From: Squalus acanthias
Taxonomy: Eukaryota
Assembly: GCA_030390025.1 (NCBI GenBank)
Contig: CM059453.1
Coordinates: forward strand, 3,720,001 to 3,784,000
Direction: 5' to 3'
DNA: 64,000 nucleotides
The notes beneath the pieces were generated by a model that did no database searches, was not told where the DNA came from, and worked only from the letters and a program-made list of their open reading frames with translations. How positions within the stretch are numbered: position 1 is the stretch's first letter; every line of letters starts with the position of its first letter. Below are positions 40,386-51,590 of the stretch, in pieces. The translations under genes and the position numbers were made by a program.

Positions 40386-40660
40386 ATTTGAAATGTTGCT
40401 TTCGGATCTTTTACGTCCACCTGAGAGAGCAGACGGGGTTTAACATCTCATCCGAAAGACGGCACCTCCTACAGTGCAGCACTACCTCAGTACTGCACTG
40501 GGAGTGTCAGCCGAGCTTGATGTGCTCAAGCCTCTGGAGTTGGGATTTCAACCCACAACCTTATGGCTCAGAGGGGAGAGTGCTGCCAACTGAGCCACAG
40601 CTAGCCCTGTTAAATTACCGCTTTGCAACAATTGCCAATGTCTATCATTTCCACACTCAC

Positions 40661-40945
40661 CGAAAATCTTTAAATTCACCGCTTTGCCTTGATCGCTACT
40701 CACAGCGTTGCTTGCTGTGCAGACAAACGCTTTGCTGTCACTTGTGTGCACGGGTTTGATTGACAGGCTGCTTTTATCTGCAGAAAGTGTGTACCGCGGA
40801 TTCTCCGGTAAAGGTTTCCCATCGAATTTCCAGGAATAGATGGGATCAGTTCCCGTCGCTGAACATTTCAGAGTCACGTTATCTACATTTTCAGTAAAGA
40901 CGTCTTTCTCTGGAGTGACACTGATTCTCACATTCGATACTCGCA
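40661..40945 (-). CDS. Exon 4: Ig C2-type domain 2
   Basis: ctttctttacag| ... G|gtgag; 285 nt; VTLKC...YSW...KPLPENPRYTLSADKSSLSI...FVC. Confidence 0.9.
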
Positions 40946-42954
40946 CTGTAAAGAAAGAAAAACATGCTTTTGTATAGCGCCTTTCAGGACGTCCCAAAGC
41001 GCTTTACAGCGAATGAAGTACTTTTGAAGTGTCGTTACTGTGGTAATGTAGGAAACATGGCAGCCAAAATGGCCACAGTACCCTCCCACAAACAGCAATG
41101 GGAGAATGACCAGATAATCTGATGTGGTGATGTCGGTTCAAGGATAAATATTGGCTCAGGACACCGGGGAGAACTCTCCTGCTGGTCTTCGAAATAGTGC
41201 CATGGGATCGTTTACATCCACCCGAGAGGGCAGAGGTTTAACATGTTTTCATTTTGATAGTTTTTGTCGAGCAAACAGAAAGAGCTGGCATTCCATTGAT
41301 CTTAAGTCAGTGCATAACAATAGCTTTTCTCACTCACAGAAGTGTGAGAAAGAAACGCAGGTTATCGGTACCCAACCACTGGATATAAAGCCTCTGCAAA
41401 ATTCTCTCCATCCGTTTTCTAACGCACATGCTCGATCATAGAATCACCCGGTCATAGAATTCACACCATAGGAGGAGGCCATTCAGCCCATTGCACCAGC
41501 GCCTCGCTATTCCTGCCTGTTTCTGTGTAATCACCTCTTGTAATGTGCTTTCGGGACCCTCTCTTCTTGTTGCTCTGTATTTCTCATGCTCAGTACTGTT
41601 GAGCTGAAGCAAGTCCAGTTGGGCACATTTCCCGCAACTGTGGTTGTCTCGGACACTGATAGGTGGGTAAAATTCAACTTTGACGGAGGCGCAAAATGGG
41701 CGCCAGCGCACCGGCCGCTGGTTATACAAACCGACCGATTATCTTACACGTTTATTTCCAAGGGCGGGGTGCATAATCTGCTGTAGATCCGCAAGCGCGA
41801 ATTGAAATTGATCACCACAACTCCCACATCATGCATGTTCCACACAACACCGGTTGTCACTGTGCTGCCGCACTGAATGGCCTCAAGTCGGCTCCGGAAG
41901 TAATAAATAAACTGAAAGTAGCTTCGAACCAACTATTTTTCAGTTTCACACTCCACATCAGGATAAATACGAGTCACTGACTTGTTATCCAGTAATATTT
42001 TAACAGCTATTCAATGAATGAATAAATAAAACGTAATACTTAACCAGCCGCTCTAGTTCACTGCAAACTCTCCTCTGCTACCTACTCACTAGGCTCATCT
42101 CTGGAAAATTGCATTGACTATTCAATTATTAAATCGTAACAACATTTATAATAATCTTTCCATCACTGCAAGCTCTCTCTACGGCTGCAGTTTGACTTTC
42201 TCATCAGTCTCAGACTAGTAGAGGTTGAATTCAGAGTGCAGCCGACAGCCCTGCACCTCTCCCGTTTCTTTTTATACTTTTAGAGATGTGTGAGCAGCAA
42301 TGACATCGTTCACAACACGAAGAAGTCACAATGACACGTTTGTTAAGGTACCAAGATTATCACCAGGCCAACTGACCACTTTTGCAAAACACGGTTTCAA
42401 ACATAGCTGGAATTATTCATACCCTGGAATAAAACATGACGTCACAGAATGATGCAGCTCAGAAGGAGGCCATTCAGCCCATCGTGTCTGAACTTAGTCC
42501 CACTCCCCTACCCGTTCCCCATAACGTTGGAATTGTTTACTTTTCAAGTTAATATACCATTCACTTTTGAAATTTACCGCTCTTTTAGGCAGTGCATTCT
42601 AGATAACTACAATATGCTGCATAAAGAAAGCTCCTCACCTGGTTATTTTGCCAATTATTTAAAATCAGTGTCCTCTGGTGCCAGTGAAAATAGTTTCTCT
42701 ATATTTACTCGATCTAAACGCTTTATAAATTTGAACAGCGCTATTAAATATCTGCTCAACCTTGAAGCCAAGCTCTGGCACAATGTCTCCCAGAGGTGGT
42801 TAAAGACCCCTTTACTATCTACTGAAGTGTCAGATCAGGACTGGATAGCTAAGCTATGCTACCACTTCCTGTCAGTGCACACCCCAACCAGCTTCATATC
42901 AATGAGATGATGGCAGTATTGCGTCTTCCTACAGCTCCCTGTTCTAATGCAGTT

Positions 42955-43548
42955 CCACTCATGGTCTACTCACCCTTTTCAACCCATGTGCAATAATTTA
43001 ACATTTATCATTGCCAAACTGCATTGCAATGTTACCTCTCAATTGAATACCAGGTACAACTAATTTCAAACACCGCTGGTTTATCCTGTCTCTGTTACTC
43101 TCCCTGATTAATGCCCTCAGCATGTTTAATACATATAGACAGTTTCTGTTCCAGTACATTCATGCAGATTGAAAGCATCGTATTCAAGCATTTCGATGGA
43201 CTACAACAGTAAGAATAAGACTTTGCCACATTCGAATTATATGTTCCTGGACAAAAAAATCCACTCATGGTCTACTCACCCTTTTCAAACCATGTGCAAT
43301 AATTTAACATTTATCATTTCCAAACTGCATTTCCATTTTACATCTCAATTGATTACCAGATACATCTTAATTCAAACACCGTCGGTTTATCCTTTCTCTG
43401 CTTAATGCCCTCAGTCTGTTTGATAAATAGGCACAGTTTCTGTTCCAGTACATTCATGCAGATTGAAAGCATAGTATCCAAGCATTTCGATGGACTACAG
43501 AAGTAAGAATAAGAATTTTCCATGTTCGAATTATATGTCCCTGGACAA
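42955..43548. repeat. Diverged ~306-bp tandem duplication in intron 3
   Basis: ccactcatggtctactcacccttttcaa at 42955 and 43261; single copy in the inverted paralog. Confidence 0.85.
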
Positions 43549-43763
43549 AATTTCGATTTGGGTGGGGTGCAGAACAGGCGGTAACGCTTCAATATGACTT
43601 CAATAGAACCGGATATCTGGCGGGGCATATAACAGGCGGCCAATGCGATACCGCCCGTTTTGCATCCCGCCCCAGTCGAATTTCGCTCCGGAGATTCAGT
43701 TGACGGTTTGAGAACTATTATATTGTATAGTTGGTATTTATCAATAGAAATTAGTTTACTCAC

Positions 43764-44048
43764 CGTAGATCTTTACCTTGACTGCTTGGCTCTCGACAGT
43801 GTTCACGATGTTCATTACTTTACAGACGAAGTCTCCGTTATCGGTTGTTTTCAAGGGATGGATTAATAGGCTGCTGTTTTCGGCAGTAAGTGTATACCGT
43901 GGGTTTTCCGGTAAAGGTTTCCCGCCAAAGCTCCAGGCGTAGGTGGGAAAAGATCCCTTCACCGAACACTTCATGGTCACCTTGTCCTCATCTTGTATAA
44001 ATATGTCTTTCACTGGACTGATACTGATACGTGCGTTTGACAAGGGGA
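43764..44048 (-). CDS. Exon 3: Ig C2-type domain 1
   Basis: tttcacag| ... G|gtgag; 285 nt, phase 1-1; VTMKC...YAW...RYTLTAENSSLLI...DNGDFVC. Confidence 0.9.
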
Positions 44049-46992
44049 CTGTGAAACAAAGCATCGGTTCAGAAACTGGTTCTCCGCGCATCGACGCTCA
44101 TCTTGGACTTTAGTGGCAATTTTAACTCACACAGCCCGGCGGAAACCGAAAGGAACGGGAGTTAAAATCGAGCGACTCTCTCTGCTTCCAATTCCACCCC
44201 GAAACAGATTTACCCCCCTTGCTTTTTGCAGGAGCTCAGGCGGACATTGACTCGGGTAGGGGCCTCATTAATATGCTAATCTGGGTCCTATGTGGTGCAT
44301 GGACCCATTTAGTAAAATCTATCAGGAAAGGAACGAAAAGAAAAAAATATAACTTATTTGGCCACCTGGAGGAGTGGGAGTATTTCCATTGGCCCAAAAA
44401 TGACAATCGCACCTCTGATGCCCAGGTACTCCCCAAACCCCCACCTCCACCCCAGTTTCCTGCGCTTGCCAGCAGTCGGCCAGCTCCCTTTTCTCATCCT
44501 TGTGTTGAAATTCCTCCGTGGCCTCGCCACTCCCTATCTCACTAACCTCCACCAGCCCGACAAACCTCCGAGATCTCTACGCTCCGCCAATTTTAGCCTC
44601 TTGTGCACCTCAAATTTCCTTCGCTCTGCCATTGGCGACTGTGCCTTCAGCCGCCTAGGCCCTAATACTGAAATGCCGTCTCTATCCGCTTCTCTACCTC
44701 TCTCTCCTCATTTAAGACGCTCCTTAAAATCTATTTTGATCAAGCTTTTGTTTATCTGCCTCATATCTCCTTAAGAGGCTCGGTGTCAAATTGTATTTGA
44801 TAACGCTCCTGGGACGTTTTACTACGTCAAATGCGCTATATAAATGCAATGTTATTGTTTTTTATTGCCTGCAGTTAGCCGCAGGATGTAAATGAGACCT
44901 GGCCGGTATTCCCACTGAGATCCACGGGTGGGCTGATGCAATTTGGGAAGCTGGTGAGTTTAATTTCCCCCTTTTATTTCTGATCATGTGATGTTGCAGG
45001 CACTTCACTGAAGGAACGTCACCTCACAGTTTGGAAATGTTTGAGGTGCAACGGGTGGGTGTGTATCTTTCACCGCTCTGACACTTACGGCAGCGCGGCA
45101 AGACTTCACTTACGTGGCGAGAATAGAGAAGCTGGGGTTGTTCTCCTTAGAGCAGAGAAGGTTGAGGGGAGATTTGATAGATTTGTTCAAAATAATGAAG
45201 TGCTTCGATAGAGTAAATAGGGAGAAACTGTTTTCAGTGATATAAGGGTCAGTAACCAGAGGAAATAGATTTAAGGTGATTTGCAAAAGAATCAGAGATG
45301 ACATGAGAAATAAAATGTGCAGTTGTTATGACCTGGAATGCGCGGCCTGAAAGGATGGTGAAAACAGATTCAATAATAACTTTCAAAAAGGAATTGGGTA
45401 TATACTTGCAGCGGGGAAATCTTAGACTTGGATCACCTTAGACTTTAGTGGGAATTTTAACTCCCTCCACCCCACGGAAATTGAGCGAAACGAGAGTTAA
45501 AATCGATCAACTCTATTTGTTTCCATTCTTGCCCCGAACCAGATTTAACCCCTTTACTTTTGCTCGGGCTTAGGTGGCCCTTGACTTGGGCAACGGCTTC
45601 AGTAACACGCTAATTTGAGTTCTTTGACGTACATGTCCCACTCAGTAAAACTTATCAGGAAAGAAACTAAATGGAAGTTTGGAACTTAACTTTGACGCCT
45701 GGAGGAGAAGGAACAATCTAGGCCCCAACAGGAATGTATGCACCTCTATTGTCCCGGTACTCAGCCCACCTCACCCAACTTTCCTGACTACCTGCCCAGG
45801 CTGCCCAATCTTCGCTTGCCAGCTCAGGAGAAACGTCTTCACCCACAGAGTGGTTAGAATGCGGAACTCGCTACAGCAAGTAGTTGAGGTCAATACATAG
45901 ATTCGTTAAAGAGGCAGCTAGATAAACACACGAGGGAGAAAGGAATAGAAATGTTACATGAAGACGGGTGGGAGGAGGTTTGTGTGGAGCATAAACACCT
46001 ACAAACACCAGTTGGGCCAAATGGTTGTTCTGAGCTGTACAATTCTATGTGATAAGTCCTGGTTCCTTGGGCATTCGCTGAGGCTGCTCATATTCCTCAT
46101 AGAGGGGCACCGGCTCAGGCCTTCCCTGATTCATTCATGGGATGTGGGCGTCACTGGCAAGGCCAACATTTATTGCCCATCCCTAATTGCTCTTGATAAG
46201 GTGGTGGTGAGCCGCCTTCTTGAACCGCTGCAGTCCGTGTGGTGAAGGTCCTCCCATAGTGCTGTTAGGGAGGGAGTTCTAAGTGTACTTCTTTGCAGTT
46301 TTTTTTTACAACTGAGTGGCTTGCTCGGCCATTTCAGAGGGGTAGTTAAGAGTCAACCACATTGATGTGGGCCTGGAGTCTCATATAGGCCAGACCGGGT
46401 AAGGGCGGCAGATTTCCTTCCCTAAAAGACATTAGTGAACCAGATGGGATATTGCAACAATCCGATAGTTTCAAGGCCACCATTACTGATACTAGCTTTT
46501 TATTGCAGAATTATTTTATTGAATTTAAATTCTCCAGCTGCCCTGGTGGGTTTTGAACTCATGTCTCGGGATTAGTAGTAACAGAACCACTATGCTACTG
46601 TCCCCGCGAACCCAGGGGCAAGTTGTATTCTGCATCACAAGCGATATCTGACCTTTTGCCCGCACGCATTGTTTCGACGGACATCTTGCTTCGTTATCCT
46701 TTTCCCCACCAAATATTAACACAACCAAATTCAAAATACTGAAGGAAGGATTCTTCGGGTTTGAGCGGTTGGTGTCGCTATGAGTATGGGCTAGATCGGT
46801 GGGTTATCAAAATAATTTCACGTAGCTTTGCCTCAAGAAGATTATTGAGGCTTCCCACGTCGAGATGGCCAATAGCACAGTGGGATATTGCGGGTTTTTA
46901 ATATGAGTCGTCCTAATACTTGCAGTAATCGTTTAAGTAGGAAATAAACTAGGTTGTGGTCTGCGGCCTGTGTGATTGAATTCTGTACTCAC

Positions 46993-47313
46993 CGTGTACT
47001 CGCAGTGTGATTTCCGCGGATGATATATATCCGATGGTTATGTCGCTCACCACCACTTGGTACAAACCCGAGTCTTGCAGTGTAACATCATCCAGACGTA
47101 AAGTTCCATTGTTGGTGAAAAGCTCAGCTCTGCCTTTATATGCCGGTGAATACTGTGGATTAGATCCCTGTCCTTTCACTATTAAATTGTTGGTATTGAA
47201 TTTCCAACTTGTAGAAAAACCTCCCGAGACTTCGGGTTTGACCAAAAAATACACGGAGTTTCCGAGAATGCTGTCAATGAGGTTCTCAGAAACAATAAGA
47301 GTGAAAGCGAGTT
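46993..47313 (-). CDS. Exon 2: N-terminal IgV-like domain without the canonical disulfide
   Basis: ttacttacag| acceptor and G|gtgag donor; 321 nt, phase 1-1. ELAFTLIVSENLIDSILGNSVYFLVKP...W...YKGRAELFTNNGTLRLDDVTLQDSGLYQV...LRVH has the DSGxY motif and no Cys, as in CEACAM N and CD2-family domains. Confidence 0.9.
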
Positions 47314-47525
47314 CTGTAAGTAATAAACAACAGAGAGGATCGTCAGTTACTAGTGCTTACATGTGTAACATATTCACGATTATACTTGTAACTAATGCGG
47401 GGATCCGCCCCGTGTGTAAGAACTGAACTCGGGAGAAAACAAACCGAGTAACCGCGAAACGGTCGACAGTTTGCGCATGCGATGCTTTTCCTATGATGAG
47501 GAATGGGATGAACTGTAGAACTCAC

Positions 47526-47571
47526 CCAGGTTAGCGAACAGCAGAAATAAAACGGACAGCAACCTCGCCAT
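47526..47571 (-). CDS. Exon 1 (signal peptide) of a CEACAM/VSIG10L-like IgSF type I receptor
   Basis: cagacATGG Kozak-like context; MARLLSVLFLLFANL(G) is hydrophobic; ends G|gtgag in phase 1. Too short for the ORF track. Confidence 0.85.
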
Positions 47572-47639
47572 GTCTGATCACTGCCACAATCTCACACTAA
47601 CAGGCAAAGGACGATCTGAACGCTTGGCCTCCTCTATCG

Positions 47640-47895
47640 AAAGGTTCAAAGTCTAGAGTCAGTGCGCTGTTGTCATAGTGATAAGGTGATGTTCTGTAGA
47701 TAGCAGGTAATAAACTCGCTGTTTATCATCCCTGTTTGTTGATGATTTTATGCTCTTCCTTATTCCGCAGCGCACTCCGGATTAAGAAGGGAAAACAAAA
47801 TTACTGATTAAGGGGGAAGAATTGTTCTGCTCTCTGTAGGCAGAGTCAAACTAAATGTACCAGGAATATTTCCTATAATCGCTTTTGATAGCGAA
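47640..47895 (-). promoter_or_regulatory. Putative proximal promoter/5' region with GATA, HNF4-, HNF1- and CDX-like motifs
   Basis: Unique sequence upstream of the ATG. WGATAR at 47679, 47698, 47723 and 47886; GGTTCAAAGTCTA at 47643; GTAATAAA at 47707; ATTACTGATTAAG at 47800. TSS unknown. Confidence 0.4.
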
Positions 47896-48799
47896 ATCAC
47901 AGACTCCACTTTTTTGATTCCTTGATCGAATTCGCTAGAAATACTGACCAGAAGAAATCTTCATGATGCATTTACAATTTCATCTACAGAGCTGCCCACA
48001 TCCATCCTCAGTGCCGCACCAAGTAAGAGAGAACCTGCAATTATGTAGCGCCTTTCACCGCCTCAGGACGTCCCAAAAAGCTTTAGGGCCAATTCATTAC
48101 TTTTTGAAGAGCAGTCACTGTTGAAATGTAGGAAACGCGGCAGCACACAGCAAGATCCCACAAACAGCAATGAGATGATGGCCAGATAATCTGTTTTGAT
48201 GATGTTGGTTGAGGGATAATTATTGGTCAGGACACTGTGGAGAACTCCCGTGCCCTTGATCAAAAGAGTGCTAATGGATCTATTTGGGGGTGGCGAGGGG
48301 GGGGGGGGAATTCGGTTGCTTTGTGCCTTCCGTTAGGGCCCCAAAGGGGGCGCCACCGAATTGTTCACCCAATAGGGCATACAGAGCCTCTGTTTAAGGT
48401 CTAGCCTGAAAGAAAGCACTTCGGACATTGCAGCACTCCGTCAGTACTTGCTCAAATCTCTGAACAGGGAATTAAGCCTGCAACCTCCTGCCTCAGAGGC
48501 AAGTTTGCGTCCAACTGCCACACATGACCACAGGCCCCCAGGAATTCAGTACTTGTACTTAGAAGAAGCCTGAATCATTCTGCAGTCTATGCGTCTTTTT
48601 ATTTGTGAGATTAAAGTGTTTTCGTAGCAATGGAGTAAAAAAAAACACTGGAATGTTTAAATCATAGTGTCATGGATGAATTACTTTTTGTTAGTGGTGA
48701 TCTTTTTGCTAGAAACACGATATCACAAATGTTCACAATGTGAAGGTCTGTGAGTTTGTCTGAGAAGTTGAAAGGCGGGGAAGAGACCCACTCTCATTC

Positions 48800-49515
48800 T
48801 TACATAGGAACAGGAGTCGGTCGTTCAGCCCCTCGAGCCTGTTCCCCCATTCACTGAGATCCTGGCTGATCTGTATCCTAACTCCATCCACCCGCCTTGG
48901 CTCCATATCCCTTAATAACCTTGGTGAGCAAAAATCTATTGATCTTAGATTTAACATTATTAATTGAGCTGGCATCTACTGCTTTTTGACGGTCAGATGT
49001 CCACACTTCTACTACCCTTTGTGTGAAGAAATATGTCTTAACTTCTCTCCAGATGACCTGGCTCTGATTGTAATGTTATGCCTCCTTGTCCTAGTCTTCT
49101 CCACCAGTGGAAAAAGTTTCTCTCCATCTACCCTATCAATTCCTTTCAAAATCATAAAAACCTTAATCAAATCAGCCCTTAACCATGTATATTCCAGGGA
49201 ACACAAGCCTAGTTTATGTAATCTCTCCTCATAATCAGCGCTGGTGACATTCTAGTGAATCTGCGCTGCATTCCTTCTAAGGCCAACATATCCTTTCTAA
49301 GGTGTGGTGCCCAGATTTGTACACAGTAGTCCAGATGTGGCCTAACTAGGGCTTTGTATAGCGGCAGCAAACCTTCCACCCCTTTATATTCTAGCCCTCT
49401 AGTTATAAAGGCTAACATTCCGTTAGTCCTTTTGATTATTTCTTGTACCTGACCACCACATTTTAGTGATCTGTCACCATGGACCCCTGAATCTCTTTGG
49501 ACTGCACAGTTCCTA
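48800..49515 (-). mobile_element. CR1 3' fragment (other CR1 remnants near 1010-1370, 11810-11960, 17340-17790, 30185-30430, 30960-31710, 45105-45420, 51590-52175 and 52755-53330)
   Basis: CR1 RT C-terminal or endonuclease peptide similarity and typical 3'UTRs. Confidence 0.8.
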
Positions 49516-49932
49516 AGGTAAGCAGAATAGAAATGTATTTGCTTATAAAGATCATTCTAAATATCTGTGAGTGAAGAGTTGTTCGTTCATGGAATGTGGG
49601 CGTCGCTGGCAAGGCCAGCATTTATTGCCCATTCCTAATTGCCCTTGAGAAGGTGGTGGTGAGCCCCCTTCTTGAACCGCTGCAGTCCGTGTGGTGAAAG
49701 TACTCCCACAGTGCTGTTACGGAGGGAGTTCCAGCATTTAACCAAGCGACGATGAAGGATCGGCGATATATTTCCAAATCAGGATGGTGCGTAACTTGGA
49801 ATGGATCTTGCAGGTGATGGTGTTCCCATGTGCCTGCTGCCCATGTCCTTCTAGGTGGTAGAGGTCGCGGGTTCTTTAATTACATATGGAACCAGCAGGA
49901 ACCACAACAAGCAGTAACATCTCAATTTATTA

Positions 49933-50062
49933 CAAAAGCAAAATACTGTGGATGCTGGAAAGCTGAAATAAAAACAGAAAATGCTGGAAACACTCAGCAG
50001 GTCAGGCAGCATCTGTGGAGAGAGCAGTAGAGTTAACGTTTCAGATCGATGACCTTTCATGA
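49933..50062 (-). mobile_element. Penelope terminal-repeat fragment (further degenerate copies near 33100-33245 and 52178-52275)
   Basis: agcaaaatactgtggatgctgg...gttaacgtttcagatcgatgacctttca matches 6592-6718. Confidence 0.8.
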
Positions 50063-50654
50063 AAGGTAATTTTAATGGTATTCTGTACATTATGGAAGTA
50101 AATTGGATTCATATCACATCTGTGAGGCTTAACTGCGTAATTTGTGCATGCATGTTTATGTTCATTTTGCAGGTATTTAATATATAGACCTATATTGTAC
50201 AGGACAGCAACTATAGGGTTATATCAATGTAACTGAACTGTTGTTTAGAAATCGAGGCAGCCAAGTTACATGTAGCAAAGTCGCATAAACAGAAAATAGA
50301 CTATGTACCTCTACCTCCTGGAACACGCAACCTCTACCACCTAGCATGACAAGGGCAGCAGGCGCATGGGAGCACTAATATAAACAACATACACGGACTT
50401 GGGTATTCAGGCCACAATTTCCAAGTTTGCGGATGACTCGAAACTCGGAAATGTATTAAACAGTATGGAGGGTAGTAAAACATTTTAGGACAATTTAGGC
50501 AGGCTAGTGAAATGGGCGGACACATGACAGATGAAATTCAGCACAGAGAAGTGTGATGTGATGCATTTTGGAAGGAAGATTGCGGAGAGGCAGTGTAATC
50601 TAAATGGTACAATTTTAAACAGGGTGCAGGAATAGAGAGACCTGGGGATGTAGG

Positions 50655-51590
50655 TACTGTAAGATTATAGTCAATTTACTTATTCATTTGTCCAACAACA
50701 CTTGTTTTTTTATACACATTTATATGCATGCAGTTACTNNNNNNNNNNNNNNNNNNNNNNNNNNNNNNNNNNNNNNNNNNNNNNNNNNNNNNNNNNNNNN
50801 NNNNNNNNNNNNNNNNNNNNNNNNNNNNNNNNNNNNNNNNNNNNNNNNNNNNNNNNNNNNNNNNNNNNNNNNNNGGCAAATTAAACAGTTTAGTGAAAAG
50901 ACTGATGGTCAAAACACTGATCAGTTTGGCATTTTTATCAGAGTAGATTATAACTGAACAAAACACAGGGAAAAGGCATGCAGCCTTGAACCTTGAACAG
51001 ACAGTAGTTTAATAACCTGAGAAAAACAAGGCGTAGGTGGGGCTGGAACCAGAGCAACCATAGCAACTAGACTGATAAGGGAGTTTCACTGGACAGATAA
51101 GAAGGGGCCTGCGTGCTAGAAATAACATCTCTTGAAGTAGGTGTTTTTCAGTGGTATGTAACAGAAGGAGTGGGACCGTGTGAGATCAGAGGAGAAGAGA
51201 GAGGACCTATTAGGGGAGAAAGGGACGCTGAGTGACAGATCCGAGGGAAATTATATAGGATAGAATTGAAAGAAATGTTATAAGAAAGGGACACCAGCAG
51301 AGGTTAAGTGTAGCAGGAGGCTGAGGAGGATTTGTGCAATTCTCCGAGACACTCAGAGGCGAATACGGGCTGAGGCAGGGCCAGATTGGTGCAGACAACT
51401 TTTACCGTGACTTTTACCCGAGGCATAAACGGGGCCGTATAACTCGTAATTATACCTTGTAAACTGCTGCTTAAGATGCAGTGATTGCACTGATTTTTGC
51501 TTATGCTGAATAAACTATTAACCACTGCCACCAATACAGGTTAATGTCGAATCATTTGGAATCAAAGGTCTCACAAAGAGATTCTTGCAC
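50655..51590 (+). repeat. Diverged inverted copy of about 27215-28120 (intron 7)
   Basis: gtaagattatagtcaatttactta and tctcacaaagagattcttgca match the reverse complement of intron 7. Confidence 0.88.
50739..50874. other. 136-nt N gap
   Basis: Run of N at the position homologous to the (TA)n(TG)n tract near 27950. Confidence 0.99.

Noticed and set aside
46876-46900. CACAGTG and a GGTTTTT tract near the V exon, suggesting a RAG recombination signal
   Set aside because: Heptamer and nonamer-like tract are in incompatible orientation with a 10-nt spacer, about 100 nt from the exon; the V exon has its own donor and there are no D or J segments.
50739-50874. N gap as a scaffold misjoin explaining the duplication
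   Set aside because: Both flanks are colinear with intron 7 and the gap sits on the homologous microsatellite.
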